Shown in pieces: positions 9,117 to 18,640 of a stretch of 64,000 nucleotides of DNA. The position numbers and the translations under genes are program-made. Source of the stretch: Methanobacteriota archaeon (GTDB lineage: Archaea; Thermoplasmatota; Poseidoniia; Poseidoniales; Poseidoniaceae); assembly GCA_002689345.1 (NCBI GenBank), contig NZFU01000002.1:8438-72437 (forward strand), given 5' to 3'. Numbering within the stretch: position 1 is the stretch's first letter; the number at the start of each line of letters is the position of its first letter. The notes under the pieces were generated by a model. It ran no database searches, was not told where the DNA came from, and saw nothing but the letters and a program-made list of their open reading frames with translations.

Positions 9117-11407
9117 TCCTCCTCTGAATCCGCTTGCCCGGGTTCGAGGAGGCTGCATATAATCCATTTCGAAGTAGGAGTATTCGATTTTGTAGCAGTG
9201 GATTCTAATGGGACGAGAACATTTGCTTCAGGGAAATATGTGGCGATATTTCCTCTTGGAATATCGTATGCAACAAGTTGCCATCCATCACTTCTTCGTG
9301 TTTTACCCTCATGATGAGATACAATATCTACGATATGCCTTGACTTCCATCCACGCTCAATCATATCTGTGGCATTCATCAATACTACTCTTCGATTGCC
9401 GTGAATGCCGCGATATCTATCATGTAAATCATAAATTGTAGTATTGTATTGGTCATGTGACCTTATTGTCATCATTACAAATTTATCATCATCCAAAGAT
9501 ACATCAGGTAATTCGTGTGATATGAAATGAGCCATTTTATCTGGAGTGTTGAATGATCGACTATCTCTAGGAGGATTAGGTAATGCAAAACCGTTTTCAC
9601 TTCGTACTCGCTCATTATAATCTTCAAATCCAGCTAATGCTAAACTCATTAATTCACGTATGTTATCATAGTTTTCAGCGAATGACATCCAATCTCTGTC
9701 ATCATTTAAGACTGCAGTGGCTAATGATGCTACAATCCACGGCTCACTGCGTAACTGTTCACTAGCAGGCCTCAGTCCTCCTTTTGATGTGTGAACAATA
9801 CCCATGGAATTCTCAACAGATACAAATTGTAAACCTGAACTTTGATGATCGATTTCAGTTCTTCCAAGACAAGGTAGTATTAGCGCGGTAGATCCAGTGA
9901 CAAGATGCGACCTATTCAATTTGGTAGAGACTTGGACAGTCAGTTTGACATTGGTTAGCCCTTCTGCTGTTGCAAGAGTATCTGGTGTGGCTGATAGGAA
10001 ATTTCCCCCCATGCAGAAGAATAGGTCTGCATTACCCTCACGCATCTGTGTTATGGCCTCGACAACATCGACTCCATGCTCCCTTGGGCTAACAATTCCA
10101 CATGCTGAATCAAGCCTTTCAAGGAATGCTTCGCTAGGTCTTTCCCATATACCGACTGTTCTATCTCCCTGAACATTTGAATGGCCACGAACAGGGCATA
10201 ATCCGGCCCCTTTCTTCCCAATATGGCCACCCATCAACATCAGATTGCTAACTTCCTGTATTACAGCAACACCATTCCTGTGTTGAGTAAGACCCATAGC
10301 CCAACATGCTATTGTTGCATCTGATTTGGCTAGCATACGTCCAGCGGATTCAATTTGGAAGCGTGTAAGTCCTGAGTCATTCTCTATTTGTTCCCAAGAT
10401 GTATTGTTCACATTTTGACGCATTGATTCAATACCTTTTGTTGAATTTTTTATGAAATCATTATCCAATGCATCCAATTCAAACTGGACTTTCATTAAAC
10501 CATGCATTAAAGCCGCATCGCCACCAATTTTCACCTGTAAATGAATATCAGCTAGAGGCTCACTTCCGAATGACATTTTCATGTAATCCTGTGGATGTTT
10601 GAATCTAACTAAACCAGTCTCCGGTAGTGGATTCACATGAATGATTTTCGCACCATTTCTTTTTGCATCTCTTAATGCAGTCAGCATACGAGGATGATTG
10701 GTTCCAGGATTCTGTCCAATAACCAATATCACATCTGAATGATTAAAATCATCTAATGAAACTGTACCCTTGCCAATTCCTATGGTTTCACCCAAACCTC
10801 TTCCACTAGATTCATGACACATGTTGGAACAATCTGGCATATTATTTGTACCTAAAGTCCTGGCAAATAATTGGTACATAAAGGCCGCCTCGTTAGAGGT
10901 GCGACCCGATGTATAGAATATCGAGCGGTTAGGGTCTCCACTTTCATCAATTACTTTAGCAATTAAATCAAAGGCATCTTTCCATGAAATTTTCTCGTAG
11001 TATTTGCTATCAGGAGCAAGTACTACTGGATGTGTGATTCTACCTTGTTTATTCAACCAGTAATCACTTTTCAAAGACAAATCTTCAACACTATTACGTG
11101 CAAAGAAACTAGGATTAACTAGGCCCTTCATCGCTTCATCAGCTACCGCCTTTGCACCATTCTCACAAAACTCGAACATTGTCGAATGTTCAGGGTCAGG
11201 CCAAGCACAACCCGGGCAATCGAAACCAGATGGCTGGTTGACCGTTGTAAGCGTCTTAATTGTCTTATTAAGGCCCATTTTTTTGATACCATGTATCATC
11301 GAAGAAGTTGCAGCAGGAATACCTGCAGCTATCGATTTTGGTTTCTTAATTTTCAATGTATTACGGTCAGGCGGAGTTGTTGCGACGACATCTCTTCTAC
11401 CTGACAT
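9113..11407 (-). CDS. Molybdopterin oxidoreductase alpha subunit, formate-dehydrogenase-like (YdeP/FdhF-like family)
   Basis: It has the N-terminal FDCPGCAWPDP...FEFCENGAKA Fe-S motif that is typical of YdeP-like FDH-alpha homologues. The protein is about 765 aa with a MopB fold, and FdhD lies next to it. The first ATG is at 11407. The ORF-track start at 11437 is TTG. Confidence 0.8.
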   Translation of the reverse strand: MSGRRDVVATTPPDRNTLKIKKPKSIAAGIPAATSSMIHGIKKMGLNKTIKTLTTVNQPSGFDCPGCAWPDPEHSTMFEFCENGAKAVADEAMKGLVNPSFFARNSVEDLSLKSDYWLNKQGRITHPVVLAPDSKYYEKISWKDAFDLIAKVIDESGDPNRSIFYTSGRTSNEAAFMYQLFARTLGTNNMPDCSNMCHESSGRGLGETIGIGKGTVSLDDFNHSDVILVIGQNPGTNHPRMLTALRDAKRNGAKIIHVNPLPETGLVRFKHPQDYMKMSFGSEPLADIHLQVKIGGDAALMHGLMKVQFELDALDNDFIKNSTKGIESMRQNVNNTSWEQIENDSGLTRFQIESAGRMLAKSDATIACWAMGLTQHRNGVAVIQEVSNLMLMGGHIGKKGAGLCPVRGHSNVQGDRTVGIWERPSEAFLERLDSACGIVSPREHGVDVVEAITQMREGNADLFFCMGGNFLSATPDTLATAEGLTNVKLTVQVSTKLNRSHLVTGSTALILPCLGRTEIDHQSSGLQFVSVENSMGIVHTSKGGLRPASEQLRSEPWIVASLATAVLNDDRDWMSFAENYDNIRELMSLALAGFEDYNERVRSENGFALPNPPRDSRSFNTPDKMAHFISHELPDVSLDDDKFVMMTIRSHDQYNTTIYDLHDRYRGIHGNRRVVLMNATDMIERGWKSRHIVDIVSHHEGKTRRSDGWQLVAYDIPRGNIATYFPEANVLVPLESTATKSNTPTSKWIICSLLEPGQADSEEE

Positions 11408-12155
11408 TATTGTCCGGGTTTGGCGAAGGCTTGTCAATGATGCGGCTCAAATCACCTATAACTGCAGGAGTTTTGCTACTTGCAAAGCCAATCAAAGTCA
11501 TTCCACTTGCTCGCGCTAGTGATTCTGCAGCGGAACTTATTGCGCCCACAGCAATGATCAATTCAATACCTGAACGAACAGATTTGGCTACCAACTCCCA
11601 CCCGATTCTACCAGATAATCCTAAAATTTGGACAGGGATATCGTTGCGTATAGCCCCTCCGACCACTTTGTCCACTGCATTATGCCTACCAATATCTTCA
11701 CGAATAATCAGCAATTTCCCATTCTGATCAAATAATGCAGCAGCATGCATACCACCTGTTGCCTCAAACCATGGTTGATTTAATTTCATTTCATTCATCA
11801 TTGAATCCAATTGACCTGTGAGAAAAACAGTCCGGTCAACGAACTCTGATGGCATTGGGACATCTCCAGTTGTGCATGCTCCACAGGCCGCAGTAAGTAA
11901 GTCATCACTAGGCCGACTGCGTACTTGACCCGATACAAAGACCTCAGTTCCTTTGACCTCGATAGAATCCACCCGACCTCTGCCTTCACAAAAAATGTGC
12001 CCAAATGCCAAATCTCCTAAATCGAATGGCGAAGCTAATATTCTGACAACAGTATTGCCATCACATTGTATTGTTATTATGGATTCTTCAGCCAATTCAT
12101 CGATTTCGGGATTAGGATATTCACCACCTAATCGATGCACAGGACGCTTTACCAT
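11397..12155 (-). CDS. fdhD: Formate dehydrogenase accessory sulfurtransferase FdhD
   Basis: The GRHNAVDKVVG motif and the 252-aa length fit FdhD. It sits upstream of the FDH-like gene. AGGAGA lies 7 nt before the ATG. Confidence 0.8.
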   Translation of the reverse strand: MVKRPVHRLGGEYPNPEIDELAEESIITIQCDGNTVVRILASPFDLGDLAFGHIFCEGRGRVDSIEVKGTEVFVSGQVRSRPSDDLLTAACGACTTGDVPMPSEFVDRTVFLTGQLDSMMNEMKLNQPWFEATGGMHAAALFDQNGKLLIIREDIGRHNAVDKVVGGAIRNDIPVQILGLSGRIGWELVAKSVRSGIELIIAVGAISSAAESLARASGMTLIGFASSKTPAVIGDLSRIIDKPSPNPDNNVR

Positions 12156-12198
12156 AACTATCTCCTACAGACTATACTCAATAGCAATTGTCATTGAA

Positions 12199-12744
12199 TT
12201 ATTCGGGCCTTTCTATGTCGAAGAATTCAAATTGTAAATCCACTAATTCAGAAGATGATTTCGCTTCACAATATGCGTCTAAAGGTTCCTTGTTCAAGAT
12301 GAAAAATTGTTCACCCCAACGGAATGCACCTAGCAATTTTCTAGCTTGTTTTTCTCTACCTATCAAGTATAGTGATGCTGCTAGGGCTTCAGCGGTAGTC
12401 ATCTTCCCAGGTTTACCCCAATTCACTGGATTTGCTGCAAGTAAAAGAGGTAGCATTCTAGGTTTCAGTTTGGTTCTCCTCATTACTTGGGCAACTGAAT
12501 CTTCAATCTGTGCCCATGAACAATCAAGTCCTACTAAAGAACCTCCTTCTTCCAGTAAAAGAGAATGGTCTTCTGGGCCCAATACCTTACCACAGAGGGG
12601 CTCAAGAATGATTCCTCTTCTAGGTAATTGATTGAATCGTTCATGTAATTTCAAGTCGTTTCTACGTGATAGTCTAACAGCAGTATTCTTTTTCGGATCG
12701 TCCTGGGCAAGCCAAATAGCATGTACAGGGATGTCTTTGTGCAT
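12199..12744 (-). CDS. tsr3: Tsr3/DUF367 family 16S rRNA aminocarboxypropyltransferase
   Basis: 181-aa protein. It carries the DCSW motif and LPLLLAANPVNWGKP, and the overall pattern fits DUF367. Confidence 0.65.
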   Translation of the reverse strand: MHKDIPVHAIWLAQDDPKKNTAVRLSRRNDLKLHERFNQLPRRGIILEPLCGKVLGPEDHSLLLEEGGSLVGLDCSWAQIEDSVAQVMRRTKLKPRMLPLLLAANPVNWGKPGKMTTAEALAASLYLIGREKQARKLLGAFRWGEQFFILNKEPLDAYCEAKSSSELVDLQFEFFDIERPE

Positions 12745-12747
12745 TGT

Positions 12748-13257
12748 TCATTCCTTTCCGCCAAGCAAGAAATCACCGAGTGTCAACCCTCTAGGGTTTC
12801 CACTATTCACGTGTCTATTTTCGTCAGGACTAGACTCTACCATCAATGTGATATCAAGTGCTCTCTCTAATTTTCTAATAACTGCATCAGTTGGTCTTTT
12901 ACCAGATTCAACATTATTGATGACATTTATTTTTTCAGCCATCTTACGTGCTAATTCTCTCTTATCCCACCCACGCTTAGTTCGTGCGGTTGCCACTCTT
13001 TTGGAGAAATCCGAGGCTAATTCCTTTTCACCCCTCAGCATGATGTCTTTGCCCTTGCGGCCAATTCCACCATAACCTCCTGAAGTTGAAGTAGGAGTGG
13101 TTCTGGCTTTTGCTAAGCCAGGAGCTACTTTTTTCTCATCCAAACCCATCTTGTCAGTGCAACGTTTGCATGCTTGAACTTCGGCTCTGCCCATCATGAC
13201 AGACCTTGTACCAACCTTCATTGCCCCACATAGTTCACAGTCCGCCACAATAGCCAC
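12748..13257 (-). CDS. Archaeal multiprotein-bridging factor 1 (aMBF1), a zinc ribbon plus an HTH-XRE domain
   Basis: The N-terminus has CELCGA...CKRC. The C-terminus has an XRE-type HTH (GKRPTDAVIRKLERALDITL). The 169-aa length is typical. The start is GTG, which is needed to include the first Cys pair. Confidence 0.7.
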   Translation of the reverse strand: MAIVADCELCGAMKVGTRSVMMGRAEVQACKRCTDKMGLDEKKVAPGLAKARTTPTSTSGGYGGIGRKGKDIMLRGEKELASDFSKRVATARTKRGWDKRELARKMAEKINVINNVESGKRPTDAVIRKLERALDITLMVESSPDENRHVNSGNPRGLTLGDFLLGGKE

Positions 13258-13360
13258 CTAATGCGTTGTTGTGGCCGCGCTTCATCAAGGCTTCGTAAAG
13301 ACTGGCAAATGAAGCATTATACACGGATATTTGAAGAAGGACGGCCACCGGACTCACTAT

Positions 13361-14581
13361 ATGGGCACAGAGGTCGACCAAGGCTCGAGCGAACCGCTCA
13401 ATATTGATGATAATGATTTGAAATCATTAGAACTCGATTACAAGCAACTTCAAGATGAAGCACAGAGGCTATTATCCGAACGTGTTCATTTAGAAAATGA
13501 TCTTGCCAATGTCAAAAAACGTGCAAGTCGTTTAGATGAAGAAGTACGTATATTGAAGAGCCCACCACTAATTGTTGGCCATCTACAAGATGTACTCGAT
13601 GAGGAAAGGGCAATTGTTCGTTCATCCAATGGTACTGTGTTTCAAGTTTCTATAAATCAAAGGCTTGACCCTGAGAAATTACGCCCAGGTACTAGAATCG
13701 CCCTTAATCAAGATACTCTTTCGATTATTGAAATACTACATGATGCATGGGATCCAATGGTCTCTGGTGCTGAGATGATTGAGAAACCGAATATTGATTA
13801 CGAGAATGTTGGGGGGCTAGATGAACAAATTTTGCAGGTACGTGAAGCAATTGAACTGCCTCTAGAGAAACCAGAATTGTTCCGAAAAGTGGGTATCGAG
13901 CCACCTAAAGGAATTCTACTAGTTGGCCCACCTGGCTGTGGTAAGACTATGCTTGCTAAGGCTGTCGCTAGTCAAACAAAGGCATCTTTTATTCGCATGG
14001 TGGGGTCAGAACTAGCACAGAAGTATATTGGTGAAGGGGGAAGAATGGTGAGAGAATTATTTTCTTTGGCCAAAGATAAATCACCAGCAATTATTTTCCT
14101 AGATGAAATCGATGCTATTGGTGCAAAGAGGCTTGATTCAGCAACCAGTGGCGATAGAGAAGTTCAGAGAACATTGATGCAACTATTAGCCGAATTGGAT
14201 GGTTTTGATTCATTGGAAGATGTCAAGATAATAGCAGCCACCAATAGACCGGATATTCTAGATGATGCTTTACTAAGGCCTGGTAGGTTCGATAGGGTTA
14301 TCGAAATCCCTCTGCCGGATGAAAGCGGCAGGAAAACAATATTGTCAATTCATTTGGAAAGAATGTCTACCTCTAGAGTTAATATTGCCAAAATTGTTGA
14401 GATGACCGAGGGATTCAGCGGGGCTGAATTGAAGGCCACTACTGTTGAGTCGGGAATGATTGCAATTAGAGATGGTCGTTCTAAAGTTAAGCAAAATGAC
14501 GTGATATTAGCAGTCGAGAGAATCAAAAAGAAGCGCGAGTCGAACGGTATTTCAACTTCACCTGACGCTCTTTATGGCTGA
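13361..14581 (+). CDS. pan: Proteasome-activating nucleotidase
   Basis: It has an N-terminal coiled coil, then an OB domain, then an AAA+ domain with Walker A (GPPGCGKT) and Walker B (IIFLDEID). The first ATG is at 13361. The ORF-track start at 13331 is TTG. Confidence 0.9.
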   Translation: MGTEVDQGSSEPLNIDDNDLKSLELDYKQLQDEAQRLLSERVHLENDLANVKKRASRLDEEVRILKSPPLIVGHLQDVLDEERAIVRSSNGTVFQVSINQRLDPEKLRPGTRIALNQDTLSIIEILHDAWDPMVSGAEMIEKPNIDYENVGGLDEQILQVREAIELPLEKPELFRKVGIEPPKGILLVGPPGCGKTMLAKAVASQTKASFIRMVGSELAQKYIGEGGRMVRELFSLAKDKSPAIIFLDEIDAIGAKRLDSATSGDREVQRTLMQLLAELDGFDSLEDVKIIAATNRPDILDDALLRPGRFDRVIEIPLPDESGRKTILSIHLERMSTSRVNIAKIVEMTEGFSGAELKATTVESGMIAIRDGRSKVKQNDVILAVERIKKKRESNGISTSPDALYG

Positions 14582-14625
14582 TTGTTTCGGCAATGTTCAT
14601 CAGTTGTCGGTTTTGACAACAGCAT

Positions 14626-15657
14626 ATGTCCAAGAGAATTGTTGAGTGCGTACCCAATTTCTCAGAGGGTAGAGATCAATCAATTATCAAAGCGATTAGT
14701 GATGCTGGGCGTGGTATTGAAGGAGCGCGGGTGCTAGGTATAGAGCCCGATGGAGACTACAATCGAACCGTATTGACGATTGCTGGTGAACCCGCTGCGG
14801 TTAGTGAAGCTGCATTTAGAGTAATCAAAGCAGCATTTGAGAATATCGACATGAGTTCTCATGAAGGAGAACATCCTCGTATAGGCGCTGTCGATGTTTG
14901 TCCATTTGTGCCCTTAGAAGGTGTAACGATGGATGAATGTGCAATTCTTTCACGCGAATTAGCAATACGAGTGTCTAATGATTTAGAATTGCCAACTTTC
15001 CTTTATGGCGCCGCAGCAACTTCACCAGATAGAGAATTACTTTCAGATTTACGAAGAGGACAATACGAAGGTCTGAAGGAAAGATTGGACAATAATGGCC
15101 CGAATATGCCAGATTTCGGGCCAATGGAATGGAATGAATCTGTTGCCAGATTCGGCGCAGTTGTAATTGGTGCTAGGCAAATATTGGTGGCTTACAATGT
15201 CAACGTCGATGAAACCGATGCGATGGCTGCTAAGAAAGCAGGGTCTTTGGTCAGGTCTACAGGAAGGTTACTGAAAAGGGAAGATGGTAGAAGGACACGC
15301 ATTCCCGGGATGTTGCCTATGGTTCAGGGCATGGGGCTGCCTTTAGATGCCCATGGAATTTCACAAGTATCAATGAATCTCAGGGATGTTTCAGTTACAC
15401 CAATGCATATTGCTTTCGAGGCTGTTAAATCAATTGTAAATGATCACGGAGTCGATACTTGTGGCTCTGAACTTGTTGGTTTAGTTCCATTATCGGCAAT
15501 GTTGGAATCTGGTAAATGGTACGCTCCAGAAGGTTGCAGTGATAATAACGAACTTGTTTCTGCTGCAATAAAGGGGCTTGGATTAGACTCTCTAGGCCCA
15601 TTCAATCCTGATGAAAGGATAATTGAGTGGGCTTTAGAAAAGGGGGTAGAAGCATGA
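14626..15657 (+). CDS. Glutamate formimidoyltransferase (FTCD N-terminal-type)
   Basis: It has the RIVECVPNFSEGRD N-terminus that is characteristic of the formiminotransferase domain. The protein is 343 aa. Confidence 0.8.
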   Translation: MSKRIVECVPNFSEGRDQSIIKAISDAGRGIEGARVLGIEPDGDYNRTVLTIAGEPAAVSEAAFRVIKAAFENIDMSSHEGEHPRIGAVDVCPFVPLEGVTMDECAILSRELAIRVSNDLELPTFLYGAAATSPDRELLSDLRRGQYEGLKERLDNNGPNMPDFGPMEWNESVARFGAVVIGARQILVAYNVNVDETDAMAAKKAGSLVRSTGRLLKREDGRRTRIPGMLPMVQGMGLPLDAHGISQVSMNLRDVSVTPMHIAFEAVKSIVNDHGVDTCGSELVGLVPLSAMLESGKWYAPEGCSDNNELVSAAIKGLGLDSLGPFNPDERIIEWALEKGVEA

Positions 15658-16283
15658 AAACACCATGGATGGAAATGACAGTTAGAGATTTTCAAGCGGC
15701 CTTAGCATCATCATCACCTACTCCTGGTGGTGGAACTGCTGCTGCCATTTCATTAGGCCAAGCATCAGCATTGACCATAATGGTCAGTGATTTGACAATA
15801 GGTAAAGAAAAATGGCAGGAGGGATGGGATATTGCCAACCATGCTATGTTAGCAGCAGTGAAAATAATGAGTAGAGCTGGTGTATTAGCCGATGAAGATA
15901 GCAATGCGTTTGATGATGTAATGGCATCATTCAAGTTACCCAAGGATGATGATGAGCAAAAGGATGCACGTAGGAAAGCCATACGTTCTGCTACACTTCA
16001 GGCTACGCAGATACCATATGAGACTGCCAAATTATCATTGCAACTATTGGAGATGTTACCCGATTTGGCTCGTAAGGGCAATGCCAATGCAGTAAGTGAT
16101 GTTGGTGTTGCTGGACTACTTGCAAGTGCTGCTTGCAAGGGTGCTTTGTTCAATGTCGATATCAATTTGTCAAGTCTACCATCTGAAATGGCGGCTGAAA
16201 TAAGACAAGGGGCACCAGAAATTCTAGAAAAATCTCGTGTTTTATCACGCGAAATTATGGATGCGGTTAGAGATAGGCTGTAA
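15654..16283 (+). CDS. Formimidoyltetrahydrofolate cyclodeaminase
   Basis: It has the TPGGGTAAAISLGQASAL motif of the cyclodeaminase domain. The ATG at 15654 overlaps the upstream TGA as ATGA, and GGGGGT lies upstream. This indicates translational coupling. Confidence 0.8.
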   Translation: MKTPWMEMTVRDFQAALASSSPTPGGGTAAAISLGQASALTIMVSDLTIGKEKWQEGWDIANHAMLAAVKIMSRAGVLADEDSNAFDDVMASFKLPKDDDEQKDARRKAIRSATLQATQIPYETAKLSLQLLEMLPDLARKGNANAVSDVGVAGLLASAACKGALFNVDINLSSLPSEMAAEIRQGAPEILEKSRVLSREIMDAVRDRL

Positions 16284-18521
16284 TCAGCGAACCTGTGAGC
16301 CAGGAGAGATGTCTCCATCAATGGTGACTAGTTTTACACCACCATTGCCATCATCGGCAGCTAACATCATTCCTTCACTCATCACTCCACGTAGTTTACG
16401 AGGTTTGAGATTAGCAACAAATACCACTGATTTACCAACCATTTCTTCGGCTGTGTAATACTCTTTAAGGCCAGCACAAATAGTTCGGCCATTCTCACTT
16501 CCATCATCAATAGTTACTACGAATAACTTGTCTGCATTCTCATGATCGCTTACATCAGTAATCATTCCCACTCGTAATTCAACTTCCATAAACGTCTCAA
16601 AATCGAGATGTGTGGTTCCTTCTGGCATTTTTCTTCCTTCCTTTTTCTTCTTCTTTCCGCCCTTGACAGCATGTGTTGGGTCGGCACTAGTTTGTGAATC
16701 ATTACTTGCTAACGATTTCTCTTGTTCGAGAATTTCATCTAAATCTAATCTTTGGAATAGTGGCTTTGCTTCCTGGTCACTCCATTTTGGCTCGACAGTC
16801 CAATTGATAGCAGATTGCCACATTGTTAGAGAAACGTCTCCTTGTTCACCCAATGCTTGCCACAATCTCTGGGCGCTGAATGGTAGGAATGGCTGAGTTG
16901 TAATCGCTAAAAATCGTGATACTCTCCAGCCAAATGCCAATTTGGCCATGGATTCTTTAGCACCATCGCCATCTAAATCTTTCAAAAATTTCCAAGGTGT
17001 TGCTGACTGTAACATCTGATTACCCATTTGGGCAGCGGTCATTATACCACGTAGTGCTTCTTTGTAGCGATGTCTTTCAAGGCTAGTTGTGACCTGAGCA
17101 TGGATTTCTTCAAGGCGGTTCATTTCATTAGAACATAGATTTAGGTCTTCAAATGTAGACAATGATCTATCGGATGGTAGCCTTGCGCCTAAGGTAAGTA
17201 CACGATGGACGAAGTTACCATATGCGGCAATCAATTCTGAATTGATTTTCTCAACAAAGTCAGGCCAATTGAAATCTGTATCATGATTCTCCGGCATATT
17301 GATTGAGAGATAATAGCGGAGGGTATCTGGGTCAAATCTCTCTAAGAAAGAGGGTAGCCAAACTGCATGTTTTCTCGATTTAGAGAACTGTCCACCTGAT
17401 AACATTAGATATTCCATTGCGGGGACGTTATCCTCGAGGTGTAATTCTCCAGGCCCAGGAAGACTAGGATTTGTGGAGGAATCCAAACCCTTTGCTGCAT
17501 GGTTAAGACCCATAATTAGAGCTGGCCAAATAACTGTATGGAACGGAATATTATCCTTTCCAAGGAAGTACAGATGCCTAGGTGTTTCTCCATTTTCAGA
17601 TATTTTCCACCACTTTTCCCAATCGTCATGTCCAGCATGACGTTGAGACCATAGTTTAGCACAGGAGTAGTACCCTTGAACCGCTTCAAACCAGACATAG
17701 ATACACTTTCCTTCCCATTCATCTCCTTCTAATGGTAGAGGTATTCCCCAGTCGAGATCACGAGTTACTGCACGAGGCCTCAGGCCCATGTCGAGCCATT
17801 GTTTGGTCATGGCTCTGACATTGGATTTCCAGACATCTTGCCTTTGACTAGCATGGGTCTCGAGCGCTTCTTGAAACAAATCTAGGCGATAGAATAGGTG
17901 CTCTGTGTCACGGATTTCTATAGTAGCTTCAGGATTCATTTTGGATTTTGGATTTTTCAATTCATGGGCTTCGTATGTAACTCCACATTCGTCACACTGG
18001 TCCCCCCTTGCTCCACTCGCTCCACAACTAGGACAATCTCCCTCAACATATCTGTCTGGTAAGAATCTCCCCCCGTTTTCACGGATTTCATAATATTGCT
18101 GCATAACCTTACGCTCGAAAAGTCCAGCATCCATCAGTGATTGGAAATTTTCTGAAACTATTTTGTGGTGCTCGGGGTCACTTGTTCTATTGAATAGTGA
18201 ACCGCCATATTCAACACCTCTAGGGTCAATATTAGGCTCCCAGCTACAACCAAGGTCAAGTAGTGCTTTTGTGTTTAGAGCATGATATTTATCAACAATA
18301 TCCTGAGGTTTAACTCCTTGAGTTTCCGCTGCAACAGTGATTGGAGTTCCATGCTCATCAGAACCGGAAACCATCAGTACGCGATTTCCTTTAGCGCGCT
18401 CAAACCTAGATTGAATATCGGGCGGCAAATAACAACCAGCAACGTGTCCCAGATGCAGAGGGCCGTTAGCGTACGGCCATGCAACACAAACAAGAACATG
18501 CTCGCCACTCACCTGTGTCAC
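16284..18521 (-). CDS. metG: Methionyl-tRNA synthetase with a C-terminal tRNA-binding (EMAP-like) domain
   Basis: It has the HLGH (HIGH) motif and the KMSKS-region SGGQFSKSRKH. Cys clusters of the CP-domain zinc knuckle are present. A K-rich linker precedes the C-terminal OB domain. The start codon is GTG. Confidence 0.9.
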   Translation of the reverse strand: MTQVSGEHVLVCVAWPYANGPLHLGHVAGCYLPPDIQSRFERAKGNRVLMVSGSDEHGTPITVAAETQGVKPQDIVDKYHALNTKALLDLGCSWEPNIDPRGVEYGGSLFNRTSDPEHHKIVSENFQSLMDAGLFERKVMQQYYEIRENGGRFLPDRYVEGDCPSCGASGARGDQCDECGVTYEAHELKNPKSKMNPEATIEIRDTEHLFYRLDLFQEALETHASQRQDVWKSNVRAMTKQWLDMGLRPRAVTRDLDWGIPLPLEGDEWEGKCIYVWFEAVQGYYSCAKLWSQRHAGHDDWEKWWKISENGETPRHLYFLGKDNIPFHTVIWPALIMGLNHAAKGLDSSTNPSLPGPGELHLEDNVPAMEYLMLSGGQFSKSRKHAVWLPSFLERFDPDTLRYYLSINMPENHDTDFNWPDFVEKINSELIAAYGNFVHRVLTLGARLPSDRSLSTFEDLNLCSNEMNRLEEIHAQVTTSLERHRYKEALRGIMTAAQMGNQMLQSATPWKFLKDLDGDGAKESMAKLAFGWRVSRFLAITTQPFLPFSAQRLWQALGEQGDVSLTMWQSAINWTVEPKWSDQEAKPLFQRLDLDEILEQEKSLASNDSQTSADPTHAVKGGKKKKKEGRKMPEGTTHLDFETFMEVELRVGMITDVSDHENADKLFVVTIDDGSENGRTICAGLKEYYTAEEMVGKSVVFVANLKPRKLRGVMSEGMMLAADDGNGGVKLVTIDGDISPGSQVR

Positions 18522-18640
18522 CTAACCTGTCGGATGCAATGAACTACATGAGTCCTGTGCATGTCAGGCTTGCGAAGGCTCAAGAACTGAAGGCTCCACA
18601 GACACATTGGGCCGATTGGCCGAGGAGTTCATTGAACCCC

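Noticed and set aside
12188-12631. 147-aa (+) ORF overlapping tsr3, and 8245-8757/8767-9093 (+) ORFs inside the MFS gene
   Set aside because: These are antisense to genes with recognisable family motifs. They have no motifs of their own and no plausible starts or RBS.
15692-16321. Two antisense ORFs (96 and 107 aa) within the cyclodeaminase gene
   Set aside because: They are Ala/Ser-rich translations opposite a gene with a clear cyclodeaminase motif. They are spurious.
18479-18521. Apparent 42-nt divergent overlap between the metG start and the DUF21/CBS gene start
   Set aside because: This is an artefact of the longest-ORF extension. The plus-strand gene most likely starts at ATG 18641 (MADYTLL..., where the first TM helix begins). 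MetG needs its N-terminus up to the GTG at 18521 to include the HIGH-motif context.
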